DNA of 64,000 bases, taken from positions 1,824,001 to 1,888,000 of the forward strand of contig JASGHG010000001.1 of the NCBI GenBank assembly GCA_047602425.1. Reading direction: 5' to 3'. This DNA is from Nibricoccus sp. (GTDB lineage: Bacteria; Verrucomicrobiota; Verrucomicrobiia; Opitutales; Opitutaceae). Position numbers and translations under genes: made by a program. Of the stretch, positions 8,723-19,093 are shown one piece after another (the stretch's first letter is position 1; each line of letters starts with the position of its first letter). The notes below the pieces were generated by a model. That model was given only the letters and a program-made list of their open reading frames with translations, did no database searches and had not been told where the DNA came from.

Positions 8723-11700
8723 TCAGAATGTGCCGCGAACACCCAGGTTGTAGTAGGGTTCGCCAAACTGGAAATGATTGCGGGGAAGGTTCACCTGCGA
8801 ATGGTTCGGCAGGTAGCCATGCCAGTAATCATAACGACCGGCGCCGAACACGTTCTGTACAGCAACGTAGATTTTATATCGCTGGGAGATCGCGTACTCG
8901 GCCTTCACATCGGTGCGCCACACTGAATCCTTGATCGACACGAGTTGCGTATCGAGGTCCGGATTGGCATTGGCCGCACCACGGATCCACTCGGAGTTCA
9001 CGAGGCCCGAAGCCACGGTGTCATCCGTCCAGTTGGTCGAGGTCGTGATGGAGAACTTTTGGTAACGATAGCCAAGGATAGCGTTGAAGGTCTTGGGGGC
9101 AGAACCACGTTGCTGCGCCCAGAGCACGTCGTTATTGTCGCCATCGATGTCGGACATCGTGTAGTTGAACTGAACGTTTAGGCCGTTAAACGGTTTCGGC
9201 AGGAAGCTGAGGGTTTGTGCGTAGCTTAGTTCCAAGCCCTGTACGCTGGAGTCAGGTCCGTTGTAACGGATATTGCCGGACGAAAATTCCGCAGGATTGT
9301 AGCCTGCGGCTATTACGGCAGCATTACGTTCCGCCAGTGTCATAGTTCGGCTCGCGATGAAGTTTTTCACCTGCTTGCGGAACAGGGAGAGCGTCACGAC
9401 ACCCGAGTTCTTCAAGTAGTAGTCGAAAGAAAGGTCCGTGTTGGTTGTATAATAAGGCTGGACGTTGGGATCGACCAAGGTGACCGAACCGTTGCCTGCG
9501 CCGGAGGTGCTTTCAGAATTCACCGCGCCGATGAGGTCGGCGTAGTCGGGGTGGCCGACCGTTTTGCTGATGCCGCCGCGGGCAATCAGCGCCTTGAGGT
9601 AGTGCGGGGTGTACTTGAACGTGAGCGAGGGATACAGCTTGCTGTACTTCAGATTGACCGGGGCTTTCTTCGCGTTAGTCGCAACGCGATTGATACCGTA
9701 GCCATCGATTTCGTGCTCCTCCCATCGAACGCCGCCAATTAGGAGCAGATCCCTGATCGGCTTGACGTCGAGCCGTAGATAGGCCGCGGTGTTGTCCTCG
9801 GTGATATCGCGATATGTATCTTCCTGAGGGGTAACAATGCTGCTGCCAAACGCTGCAGCAATTTTGTAGGGATCGACCGCTTGATAGCTGCCAAAATCAA
9901 AGGCGAGGTCTTTGGTGAAACCTTCATCTCGGTAGGGCGTGAGGTCGGTAACGGTCAGCGTGGATCCCGGGGCTTGGCGAAGAACGATGCGCGTGATGTC
10001 ACGCTCCGTTTTGTCGATCGCAAAGCCCGTTTGCACCGTAATCGGCACAACTTCGAGACCGGGAATGTCGAGTTTGTAGTTGGCGGAAACACCTTTCTTA
10101 TTGTCGTGAGTCGTCCAAGGCCGCGCCTGCAGGTTGGAATTGGCCTGCGAGGCCGATAGGTTATAGTTCGACAATTGACGGAGAACATCCACCGAAACCG
10201 GACCCGATCCATTGGCAAGAGTCAAAGTGGGCAGGTCGTTATTGGCGGTATTTGCCAAGGTCATGCTGGTTATCACGCCGGCATTGAGTTGCGCAGTAGA
10301 ACCGACAAAGCCCTTTTGGATGTCGCGATATTGGCCATCGGCATAGGACCAATAAGCGGTCGTCCATACTTTGCCGGCGTGGCCGAAGTCGTGACTCAAA
10401 GTGCCGTTGAAATGGAGCGTGGTGCCGTACTTGTTGCGGTAAAGAACGTCGTTGCGGACGATCGGCGCGGTGGAGGTGAAGGTCGGATTTTCAGCCGGGC
10501 CGCTGCGAGTCGCGGAGGCCGCAGTTCCCAAAATCAGCAAGGGTCCGCGCTGATGGAAGTGGAGATCATACCAGTTCCACTGGCCTGAAAGCGTAAGTTT
10601 GGTGTTTTCGCTGATCAGGTAGTCGAGCTTGGTCGCAAAAGCCTCGCGGTGGGTGAGTTTCTGCTCAGTGCGGATATTGTACTGCTCCATTACTGGAGCA
10701 GACCAGAAGTTGGTGGCGGCGGCGCCGGTCTGCGCCCAGTTAATCTCAGTGCGCGGGGAATCGTCGTAACGCTCGGAAGTGCGGTAGTTGAAATTGATGC
10801 CGATCTTCTTTCCGATGCGGCGAGCGTAGTTGAGGTCGAGGTTGGGACGAACGACAAACTCCTTCTTGTTGCCCCAGACGCCGGCTTCCTTGCCAAGCGA
10901 GAAATTCGTGCTCGGAACGACAAAGTTGAAGTCGTAGCTGAACACGCTCTCGTCTTCGCGATCGAAGGCGCTCTTCGTGACGAAGTTCACGAAACCGCCG
11001 GTCGAGCTGGCGGGAATGTCAGGTGTGACGGTTTTAAATAGTTCGGTCGTCTCGACGTTGTTCATCGCGATCTGTTCGAACTCAAAACGGCGCGTATCCG
11101 CCGTGGACGAACTTGCGGCCATCGGCGTGCCATCGACAGCCACAACCGTGAATGACGTGTTCAGGCCGCGAAGACTGACGCCGCGAGCGTCGTTGGCGTT
11201 GTAGTCGATGCTCAAGCCCGGCAGATATTTCAAATACTCACCGATGTTGCCTTCGGAGATCGGACCGAACTGGTCGGCAGCGGCAACCAGCTTATTCTGG
11301 ATGGAGAGTTTTTGAAGAGCGACAGCCTGCGCCATGCCTTCCTTTGAGCCCGGGACTTTGAATTCGCCGAGTTTGATGACTTCGGCCGTATCGAGGCGCA
11401 CCACAAGCTCCGCCGCTTTACCGGCAGTAACCGCCACTGTTTCTGTTTTCTCCTCAAGGCCCGGGTAGGTAACCACCAGCGTGTAGTTGCCATCCGCGAG
11501 ATTGGAAATGGTGAAGGAACCGGCACGCTCGGTTGACACACGAGTGCTCGTGCCCTCCACCGAAACTTCGGCGCCTTCGAGGTATTTGCCGCTGTTGCCA
11601 TCGAGCACGCGGCCCGAGATGGAACCGGCGTCCGCGGCGATGGCGGCGGTCACCGGAAGCAAGAGGCTGAGCAGTAGGGAACAAAGCAGCGCGGAGATGT

Positions 11701-11755
11701 TACCGGGCTGGAAACGGCGCAAGCGCCGCGCAGGGGATGTCGTGGTGTGTTTCAT
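8723..11755 (-). CDS. TonB-dependent receptor with N-terminal carboxypeptidase-regulatory-like domain
   Basis: Signal peptide, GSISGRVLD...GAEVSV, plug motifs NIGEYLKYLPG and VSLRGL, C-terminal YNLGVRGTF. Confidence 0.92.
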   Translation of the reverse strand: MKHTTTSPARRLRRFQPGNISALLCSLLLSLLLPVTAAIAADAGSISGRVLDGNSGKYLEGAEVSVEGTSTRVSTERAGSFTISNLADGNYTLVVTYPGLEEKTETVAVTAGKAAELVVRLDTAEVIKLGEFKVPGSKEGMAQAVALQKLSIQNKLVAAADQFGPISEGNIGEYLKYLPGLSIDYNANDARGVSLRGLNTSFTVVAVDGTPMAASSSTADTRRFEFEQIAMNNVETTELFKTVTPDIPASSTGGFVNFVTKSAFDREDESVFSYDFNFVVPSTNFSLGKEAGVWGNKKEFVVRPNLDLNYARRIGKKIGINFNYRTSERYDDSPRTEINWAQTGAAATNFWSAPVMEQYNIRTEQKLTHREAFATKLDYLISENTKLTLSGQWNWYDLHFHQRGPLLILGTAASATRSGPAENPTFTSTAPIVRNDVLYRNKYGTTLHFNGTLSHDFGHAGKVWTTAYWSYADGQYRDIQKGFVGSTAQLNAGVITSMTLANTANNDLPTLTLANGSGPVSVDVLRQLSNYNLSASQANSNLQARPWTTHDNKKGVSANYKLDIPGLEVVPITVQTGFAIDKTERDITRIVLRQAPGSTLTVTDLTPYRDEGFTKDLAFDFGSYQAVDPYKIAAAFGSSIVTPQEDTYRDITEDNTAAYLRLDVKPIRDLLLIGGVRWEEHEIDGYGINRVATNAKKAPVNLKYSKLYPSLTFKYTPHYLKALIARGGISKTVGHPDYADLIGAVNSESTSGAGNGSVTLVDPNVQPYYTTNTDLSFDYYLKNSGVVTLSLFRKQVKNFIASRTMTLAERNAAVIAAGYNPAEFSSGNIRYNGPDSSVQGLELSYAQTLSFLPKPFNGLNVQFNYTMSDIDGDNNDVLWAQQRGSAPKTFNAILGYRYQKFSITTSTNWTDDTVASGLVNSEWIRGAANANPDLDTQLVSIKDSVWRTDVKAEYAISQRYKIYVAVQNVFGAGRYDYWHGYLPNHSQVNLPRNHFQFGEPYYNLGVRGTF

Positions 11756-11950
11756 GGGTATGTCTGGGATGCTGGGTCTCTGTCTTCAAAACCCGCCGGG
11801 ATAAAACCAATCTTAACCGCCAAATACGCAGGCGCGTCGCCGGCCGGCGGCAAACCCATTTGCGTGATGCAGGGCAGGCCGTTGACGGTGCGTGAAGGCA
11901 GAAGCGCGTTCGTACAAGTCGGACAAGGGGTGGTGTGGGGCGGGGTTCGC

Positions 11951-11974
11951 GACAAGTTCATTAGTGAACTTGTC
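11951..11974. promoter_or_regulatory. Perfect inverted repeat, candidate repressor operator
   Basis: GACAAGTTCA-TTAG-TGAACTTGTC between the divergent TonB receptor and IclR genes. Confidence 0.5.
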
Positions 11975-12159
11975 ATTCGCCTATGAAAATTTTTATCGCA
12001 GCCCCGTCAAGTATTTTGCTACATAAAGGTCAGTGGTTCTGCTAATACTCGGCCGTCCCCACCCCTCCTACCCCTCCAATTCATTTTCGCGATATAGTCT
12101 TGTGACCGCGACCCGCTTCGCGACGTCTAGCTATATCCAAGCTCAACTCATTTCCTTAC

Positions 12160-12915
12160 GTGGACAAATACGTCATCCCCAATCTACGCAACGCCTGCCA
12201 ACTCCTCAAAGCCCTCGCCGAAGGCGCTGAACCGCGCCGCGTCGCCGATTTGGCGCGCCGCTCCGGCATTCCCGCCACCAGCGCCCTTCGCATCGTGCAT
12301 ACCCTCGAGCAAGAAGGCTTCATCCGTAAGGATCGGGGCGAACTCCGCCTCGGGCCATCGCTCATTTATCTTGGCAATGCCGCGCTCAAGGACACCGCGC
12401 TCATCCAGGAGGCACAACCCATTCTGCAAGCGCTTACCGCCGCAACCGACGAAACCGCCCACGTCGCGGTCCCTTGCGACCAAAGGGCCCTGATCGTCGC
12501 GGTTAACGACAGTCCGCATCCCCTGCGCGCAGCCTCACGCCCCGGCGCACTCACGAATTTGCATTGTTCTTCGACGGGAAAAGTTTTCCTCGCCTACACG
12601 TTCCACGACCAGCTCGAAGCATTGCTCCCCAGCCTGAACCTTTCCAAGCGCACTAAAAACACCATAACCACCGTGGCAGCTCTAAAAAAGGAGCTCGCGC
12701 TCATTCGCAAACAGGGCTTCAGCGTCGACAACGAGGAAATTCATCCTGGCGTGCGCTGTCTGGCCGCGCCCGTCACCGGCGCCGATGGTTCCGTCGTCGC
12801 CGCGATCGGAATCACGGCTGCCGCCACGCGTTTCACCAAGGCCGACAACAACCGCATCGCTGAACAGGTGACAGCGGTCGCTTCCGCATTGGCCCGTCGA
12901 CTTGGGCATTTTTGA
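12160..12915 (+). CDS. IclR family transcriptional regulator
   Basis: N-terminal HTH (LARRSGIPATSALRIVHTL), HCSSTGKVFLA, GFSVDNEE..PGVRCLAAPV; GTG start. Confidence 0.93.
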   Translation: MDKYVIPNLRNACQLLKALAEGAEPRRVADLARRSGIPATSALRIVHTLEQEGFIRKDRGELRLGPSLIYLGNAALKDTALIQEAQPILQALTAATDETAHVAVPCDQRALIVAVNDSPHPLRAASRPGALTNLHCSSTGKVFLAYTFHDQLEALLPSLNLSKRTKNTITTVAALKKELALIRKQGFSVDNEEIHPGVRCLAAPVTGADGSVVAAIGITAAATRFTKADNNRIAEQVTAVASALARRLGHF

Positions 12916-13086
12916 GAAGTTTTGCGCCCACGACTTGGCGCGGTCTCTTCGGCAGAGCTTTCCTTTTTAAAAGCGCCTTCTGCTCTACATGTGGCAACCT
13001 TCGATCCACTAATGGCAGAAACTATCTTGCATCCAGTTTGCTATAAATATTTTAGAATGGGCTGTATCATCTCGCACTAGGGCCGA

Positions 13087-13118
13087 ATCAGGGTTTCCCT
13101 TAATGTAAATTATTTGCG
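13087..13118 (+). promoter_or_regulatory. Conserved upstream motif, copy 1
   Basis: ATCAGGGTTTCCCTTAATGTAAATTATTTGCG; 28/32 identical to 14353-14384. Confidence 0.6.
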
Positions 13119-13148
13119 AAGGCATGGCTGGTGCTAATCCCTTGCATT

Positions 13149-14219
13149 ATGCCAGCTCATCACCAGCCCACCACTAACAAGTCAGTTTTTCCGTTTGCCG
13201 ACACGGCCACCGCCCCGGGCTCCTCGACTCACGACGATATCATCGCTTCTCCTCGCAGCTTAAAATCGCGAGAGAACGTTCTTCGCAACGCAGTTAAGAA
13301 ATGGTTTGGCCCGATCGAAACACTCGATCCGGCCGCCCGCGCCGCCGAAGTGAATCATCACGAGGTTATCCTGCAGCTCCTCCTTCGCCTGCATCGCCTC
13401 AGCTGCAACCTCGTGCCAGAGGCAAACCGGCTTCCGTTGCAGGAGCAGGAGGTGTTCACCGCCATCGTGCTGCTCAACCGCATCAACGTCACGCTCGGCA
13501 GCCCCCACGCGGCAATTCTCTGCTATTGTGAGGCGCGCGCGGTGCGCGAGAAAAACATCCGAGCCAGCCAGATCGACCCGCTGCAGCTGCGCCATCTGCT
13601 CACTTTTCACCAGGACATCCCGCACGAAGAATTGAATGCTTTGGATATCCAGCGTCTGCGCACCGCCTGCGAAAAAGCCGAAAGCACCGCCATCATCTCC
13701 TGGTTCGAAACCATTTCGAAACGAAGAACGGTTCTTCCCAAAGATACTCCCCAGTTTCTCCGCCAGCTGGCCTCCGATCTCTGGAATGCCGGTCACGAAT
13801 CTTTTCTCGAAACCTACGCGAAGGAGCTAGCCGTCCTCGACGCGGCTTTGCTGCACGAACTCGGTTGGGAAAATACCCGTCTTTTCTTCGCGCTTTTCAA
13901 ACGCCTTCAGGGCACAAATTGTCGCTCGGCGATCGCCTTCCTGACCGAAGCGGACATTGCCCTCGCCATCGAACAGTCCAAGCAGCTCGGCAACAGCGAT
14001 GAGACCGTGCATTTTCGCATGCTCTCCACGACGTACGACGCCCCGGCGTTCCGCCGGCTTGAAACCACCATTCTCGCCGCCTCCAGGGAAAAAGGTTCAC
14101 GCCTCCGCAAAAGCTCCGACACGACTTCGCCACTCGAACGAAAAAAATCCGTCGAACTCCCTCCCGTTTACGGCACTCCGGCATTTTTCGCCCGCACCAG
14201 TGCGCGGCAGTCTCACTGA
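13149..14219 (+). CDS. Hypothetical protein, tandem paralog A
   Basis: Long ORF clearly homologous to 14417-15448 (KWFGP, DPLQLRHLLTFH, LPKDTPQ, LAVLDA, GWENTR). Confidence 0.8.
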   Translation: MPAHHQPTTNKSVFPFADTATAPGSSTHDDIIASPRSLKSRENVLRNAVKKWFGPIETLDPAARAAEVNHHEVILQLLLRLHRLSCNLVPEANRLPLQEQEVFTAIVLLNRINVTLGSPHAAILCYCEARAVREKNIRASQIDPLQLRHLLTFHQDIPHEELNALDIQRLRTACEKAESTAIISWFETISKRRTVLPKDTPQFLRQLASDLWNAGHESFLETYAKELAVLDAALLHELGWENTRLFFALFKRLQGTNCRSAIAFLTEADIALAIEQSKQLGNSDETVHFRMLSTTYDAPAFRRLETTILAASREKGSRLRKSSDTTSPLERKKSVELPPVYGTPAFFARTSARQSH

Positions 14220-14352
14220 GGATTCCAAAGCCCATGCGCTGTAACGCCGTGGGCTGGCATCCGTTATGCGTCTTTAACTTGTTCGCCACTTAACGCAACT
14301 GATTGACTTCCAACATATATTTAATATCTGTCAGGGCGAAACACAGGCCAGT

Positions 14353-14384
14353 ATCAGGGTTTCCATTAGTGTAAACAATTTGCG
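14353..14384 (+). promoter_or_regulatory. Conserved upstream motif, copy 2
   Basis: ATCAGGGTTTCCATTAGTGTAAACAATTTGCG, at nearly the same distance from the ATG as copy 1. Confidence 0.6.
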
Positions 14385-14416
14385 CTCTCTATGCAGCCCA
14401 CGTCTCGTTTACTTAG

Positions 14417-15448
14417 ATGTCTGTGCCCGTCCAGCCGGCCAACGGTTTACCCGTGAAAACTTCCAGCAACATGGAAGGCGGTTCTCCACACCCAAGCGGC
14501 GGAGACAAGAAAAGCTTCGCCACCGGCGAGGAGACGATCCGCACTGCCGTTGGAAAATGGTTCGGCCCGCTCGTCGCGTCGGACGTCCCGGAACGCGCCG
14601 GCAAATACGAGCATCACGAAACGATTCTTGAGACGTTGATCCGCCTCCACGCGGTGAGTTGCAGCCTCCTTTCCACAGAGCAACGACTCCCGCTGCCCGA
14701 GCAGGACGTTTTGGCCACAATCCAAATTCTCAACTACATTGCGGCCACGCTGAACTGCCCGCCCAAGGTCATCGCCAGCCGTTGCGCGGTCCGGTCCTTG
14801 CGCGAACAAAATCTGCGCGCCAACCAGCTCGATCCGCTTCAACTGCGGCATCTGCTCACCTTCCATCCGGATGTCAAAACCGCCGGCAAAAATCCCTGCG
14901 ACTTCAGACCGCTCAAGCAGGCCTGCAAAAAGACAGACTTCGCCACGATTCATGCCTGGTTCGAGACAACCGCCAGAGCCAAAACCTCGCTGCCCAAGGA
15001 TACTCCGCAATTGTTGCGACAACTGGCGATCGATCTCTGGAGCAGTGGCCACCGCGATTTTTTCGAGACGTTCGTCACCGAACTCGCCGTGCTCGATGCG
15101 AAAATGTTCGATGTCGCCGGCTGGGAAAACACCCGCCAATTCTTCGCCATCTACAAGCGCGTCAACGGCAAGGCCTGCCGTTTTGCCGCTTCCTTTCTGA
15201 AATCCGAGGACATCGCCCTAGCGATCAAGTTGTACCAACAACTGGGCGACACCGAGCAACTCGCGCATTTCCAGCAACTCGCCTCCTCGTACGATATGAC
15301 GGCGTTCAGACATTTTGAGCAGGCGATCCTCGCCGCGGCGAAGGAAACGGGTTCGCGCAATCCCTTCGAGACAACGTCCGCCTCGCCCTTCGCGTCGCTC
15401 TCGCCCTTCGGCCAACCCTTGCGCCCCGGCGCCGCGGACAGTCCTTGA
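14417..15448 (+). CDS. Hypothetical protein, tandem paralog B
   Basis: Homologous to 13149-14219 over most of its length. Confidence 0.8.
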   Translation: MSVPVQPANGLPVKTSSNMEGGSPHPSGGDKKSFATGEETIRTAVGKWFGPLVASDVPERAGKYEHHETILETLIRLHAVSCSLLSTEQRLPLPEQDVLATIQILNYIAATLNCPPKVIASRCAVRSLREQNLRANQLDPLQLRHLLTFHPDVKTAGKNPCDFRPLKQACKKTDFATIHAWFETTARAKTSLPKDTPQLLRQLAIDLWSSGHRDFFETFVTELAVLDAKMFDVAGWENTRQFFAIYKRVNGKACRFAASFLKSEDIALAIKLYQQLGDTEQLAHFQQLASSYDMTAFRHFEQAILAAAKETGSRNPFETTSASPFASLSPFGQPLRPGAADSP

Positions 15449-15581
15449 AAGGCGCCATCGCGCCGTCTTGACTGCGTTGCCGCTCAGAAAATCCGCAACC
15501 TGAGCGCCGCGCAGACGTCATCCTTATTGCATTTCGGGCGCTTCAGTCCGCGCCGAAGGCACCGATTGTTAATGTCTGTTC

Positions 15582-17793
15582 ATGTCCAGCTTCCTGCGCC
15601 TCGTCTTTCAATTTTTCATCAGCACAGCCGTCGCCGTCCTGACCGCTTCCGGCGCGGACGCTCCTGAACCGAACTCACCTAAAGCGCTAAACCCGGAACC
15701 GGGCATGCCCACGGTGCTCGATCGCTTCACCGTTGAGGCCGAACGCGATGAGGTGGCAACGTGGCCCGAGGAAAAGCCCAATGTTTTCCCCTTCGACCGC
15801 GTTGGTGTCTTCGCTGAACTCGAAGCCGAGGCGCGTCCCGAGCAAGGCACCACCATGCTCAACGAGGAACTCGCCGCCCTTCCCGACCAGCGCCAGATCG
15901 AGTTCGTTTCCATTTCCGGCGGCAGCACTCCACGCGGTTTCACGGCCCCTCGACTGCGCAATGGCCTCACTCAACTCGGTTTCCCCGAACAAATTGTCGG
16001 CGGACGCCGCGATTTACTTACCGGGTTCATGGCCGTGCTTTACGAGCCGCACCGCGCCGGGCGGCATCGTGAACCTGATCTCCCGCCGACCCACCCCAAA
16101 AATGTCTTGGGTGTTTGATGCTTCCGCGAGCAGCCTGCCCTCTTTTTTCGTTCAAGCCGAACGCAGCGAACTCCTGATCACCAAAAAACTCAACGGCCGC
16201 ATTCTCGGTTCCTGGAACCGCGTGGACGGTCCGGAGGACTTCGCCCGGCGCGAAGAAAACCAAGCCACCGCCTCCCTGCGGTATTCACCCGACAAATACA
16301 CGGTCCTTTTTTGGGAAGCCGAACTCGGCAAAACCCGCGCCACGCCCTCTGGCGGCTTGCCACTGACCCGCGAAGTCCCCGGCGGGCCCATTGGCGCGGC
16401 CTATTTGCCTCTCGCCGATTTCAATACCAATGGCCCCGAGGCTTGGGCGCGCCGCACCAGCGCGAGCACGAGTCTCTGGGCCGAGCGTAAATTGCCCCGC
16501 GGCTGGCTGGTGCGAGGCGGCGCGCAGTATTGGAATCGCAGCCAACGCGAACTGCGTTTCGCCACCGGCCCGTACGTTTTGAGCACCGGCGTTTTCGACG
16601 GTACGCGCGAACCACAGTACAACGACCGGACCGAGCACACCGTAGGAGCTCAACTCGAAGCGGACATTCCGGTTAAGGGAAAACGTTTCAATCAACGCTG
16701 GCTCACCGGCATCGAAGGCAGCCATGCGGTCACGCAGCGCCTGCGACGCGGCCTGCCCAAGGATGTGCGCGACGCCCTGCCCGCCAGCATTCGCTCACTC
16801 GATCCTGCCAATCCCGACTACACCACGCCCGCGTATTCAGAAGAAGCCTACAGCCGCCTGCTGACCCTTCGCGATGAACAGGCGGGATACCTCGGAATTT
16901 TCGTTAGCGATCGCATTTCCTGGGCCCGCGGCAGGCATGGTGCGACCTTCGGCCTTCGCCAAGATTGGGTTGATGCTTCGATTGACGACCAACTACCTGG
17001 AACCAAAACCCCGCATGCCACTTCGGCGGTGCAAAAAACCACCTATCACGCGGGCTGGGTCGGTCAGAATACCAAGGGCCTGGCCGTTTTCGTCAATCAC
17101 AGCACCGCCTTTCAGCCCCAGCGCCGCATCGATTCCCGCACTGGCCGCATTCAGGGCAATGAAAGCACCAGCGGCGTCGAAGCCGGCCTGCGCTGGCTTA
17201 CCCTGGAAAAAACGTTGCTCGTCACCACCTCGGTCTACCGTCTTTGGAATAAAAACATCACGCGCCTCAACCCCGCGTATGACGACCCTGTGCTCGATCC
17301 CGACCGCACGGCGCCACAACTCGTTTCCTCCGGCGAGGAACAATTCACTGGCATTGAAACCGGCCTGCGTTGGAATGCCACGCGGGCGCTCACAGCCGAC
17401 GTGCGGGCCGCCGTTCTCGAAGCAACCACCACGTCATCGCCCGACCTGCCGGAGGAAGTTGGTCGCCAACTGCCACGCACGCCGAAATACACCGGTTCGG
17501 CCTCGCTCACCTGGCGTCCCGATCCCAACGGTTTAGGCTTTCAATTTGGTTCGGCATTTGCCTGGCTGGGCTCACAGGTGGCTTTTTACCAGGGCAAAAC
17601 ACGCCGCGAATGGCGCTGTAGTGGCTACGGTGTTCTCGGATTCAATGGCAGCTACACGTGGCAGCAGGGGAAAAAACTCCGCCACACCGCTGGTTTATCG
17701 CTGCGCAACGCCCTTAACCGCGACCTTGTTGCCGCAGCCGGTCGTCTCGGCGGTCAGCGTAGCATCGAGGCCCGTTACGGGGCACGCTTTTGA
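15582..17793 (+). pseudogene. TonB-dependent receptor split by a +1 frameshift (or sequencing error)
   Basis: ORF 15582 has the signal peptide and plug up to LLTGFMAVLY. ORF 15733 continues RTAPGGIVNLISRRP to the C-terminal ARYGARF. Deleting A16045 restores YGRTAPGG. Confidence 0.85.
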
Positions 17794-17924
17794 CAATTCC
17801 CCCCGCGAGCTAATGCTCCGTCCCTCTGATTGCTGCTGCTTCGCCCAATCTGGAGAAGCCGAACAGCGACTACTGAACCAAGCCACCCGTCCTTGGCCCG
17901 CGGGAAATGGGTTGGCTAAAATCC

Positions 17925-18076
17925 TAGAGCATTTTTAAAAATGTCATAGCCGCACAACTCTGGCTGTAGCCCGGCTTGGCTTTGCTACAGAAAGGGCGCA
18001 GCAAGACTGCGCCCCTACGAAGACAGCTCGGTTTGTAATACCGATTTACGGCTACAGTTTTATCGTATGTGCTCTA
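17925..18076 (+). mobile_element. MITE-like element, copy 1 (one REP hairpin deleted)
   Basis: Termini TAGAGCA...TGCTCTA; near-identical to the reverse complement of 20079-20247; REP at 17994-18018. Confidence 0.8.
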
Positions 18077-18204
18077 AGCTCGCACCCTCCGCGACGATTT
18101 AGGCGGTGCGGCGCATCTTATTTTTCGAACCATCCGCCCAACTAAAACCTGCTTCTATAGCTAAATTTAGCTTCAATCATAACCTTTCAAGCCTGCAAAT
18201 TGCC

Positions 18205-18239
18205 CAGACGTTTGTCATCCATTAAATGACAAACGTCTG
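18205..18239. repeat. Palindrome family TGTCA-N9-TGACA, copy 1
   Basis: CAGACGTTTGTCAT-CCATTAA-ATGACAAACGTCTG with perfect 14-bp arms. Confidence 0.7.
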
Positions 18240-18290
18240 TCTGGACCGCGCCCGCTTTTGACCTCGCATTCAGAAATACCAAAACACCGT

Positions 18291-18311
18291 TTGTCATCTA
18301 ATAGATGACAA
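18291..18311. repeat. Palindrome family, copy 2
   Basis: TTGTCATCTA-A-TAGATGACAA with perfect 10-bp arms. Confidence 0.75.
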
Positions 18312-18312
18312 G

Positions 18313-19029
18313 TCACTCCGATTGCTTTTTGGCCGCGGCGGCGGCCTTGGCGGCTTTTTCGGCTTTTATTTTGTCGGTGTAGGCCTTGTAGAGCGCTTTC
18401 CAACTGCGTCCATTGGAATTTAAATACTGCTCCGACTTCGTCTTGTAGATTTCGAACACCGCGGAGATCTGCTTGATCGATTTATAGTCCACCGCCTGCT
18501 CGCGCGCTTCTTTCAGGAAGCCGAGGATCTTCGCTTCTTCTTCCGCCGTGAGATCGGGGACAATTGCCTTGTAGCCTTTCATGGTGAAGGCGACTTTGCC
18601 TTCCGTATACTTGTCGAGCACGGCTTCGACTTGTTCGGCACTCAAGTCCTTGCGTAAGCCGGCCATCAAAGCTTCATGTACCGTCTTCGGCATGGCGCCG
18701 TCGGCGATCATCTGGCGGTCGAGACTGGTTAAAGTTTTTCCGGTCGCAGGATCGCTTTCGGGCACCGCCGTGTAGGGATGCGAGTTGTGCCAGTCCCGCA
18801 CGGCCTTCAGGTGCGTGGCGATCACGGCTTTCACCCGTGCCGCCTTTTCCGCGTCGGCCAACGAGAGCGAGTCCACCCAACCCGCCGCTTTCTTTTCAGT
18901 GTCTGCGTCGGATTTCGCCAATTTCGCAGCCTCAGCGGAAGATGCCGCGGAAGGCGCCTCCTGCGCATGGATGGCTGACAAAAAGATGAAGGTGCTCAGA
19001 ATAACCAGGGAAAGCGGGAGATTTTTCAT
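18313..19029 (-). CDS. DUF3826 domain protein (secreted; family associated with pectin loci)
   Basis: HLKAVRDWHN, LSAEQVEAVLDKYT.GKVAFT, EAREQAVD, FEIYK motifs; signal peptide. Confidence 0.8.
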   Translation of the reverse strand: MKNLPLSLVILSTFIFLSAIHAQEAPSAASSAEAAKLAKSDADTEKKAAGWVDSLSLADAEKAARVKAVIATHLKAVRDWHNSHPYTAVPESDPATGKTLTSLDRQMIADGAMPKTVHEALMAGLRKDLSAEQVEAVLDKYTEGKVAFTMKGYKAIVPDLTAEEEAKILGFLKEAREQAVDYKSIKQISAVFEIYKTKSEQYLNSNGRSWKALYKAYTDKIKAEKAAKAAAAAKKQSE

Positions 19030-19093
19030 GGGATGTCGCGATAAGACGCTGCGAAGAGCACCCTGGTTAAAACAAATTTCACCCGCGCCGCGA

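Noticed and set aside
16035..16060. Programmed ribosomal frameshift or phase-variable tract in the TonB receptor
   Set aside because: No slippery heptamer, homopolymer or tandem repeat at the junction.
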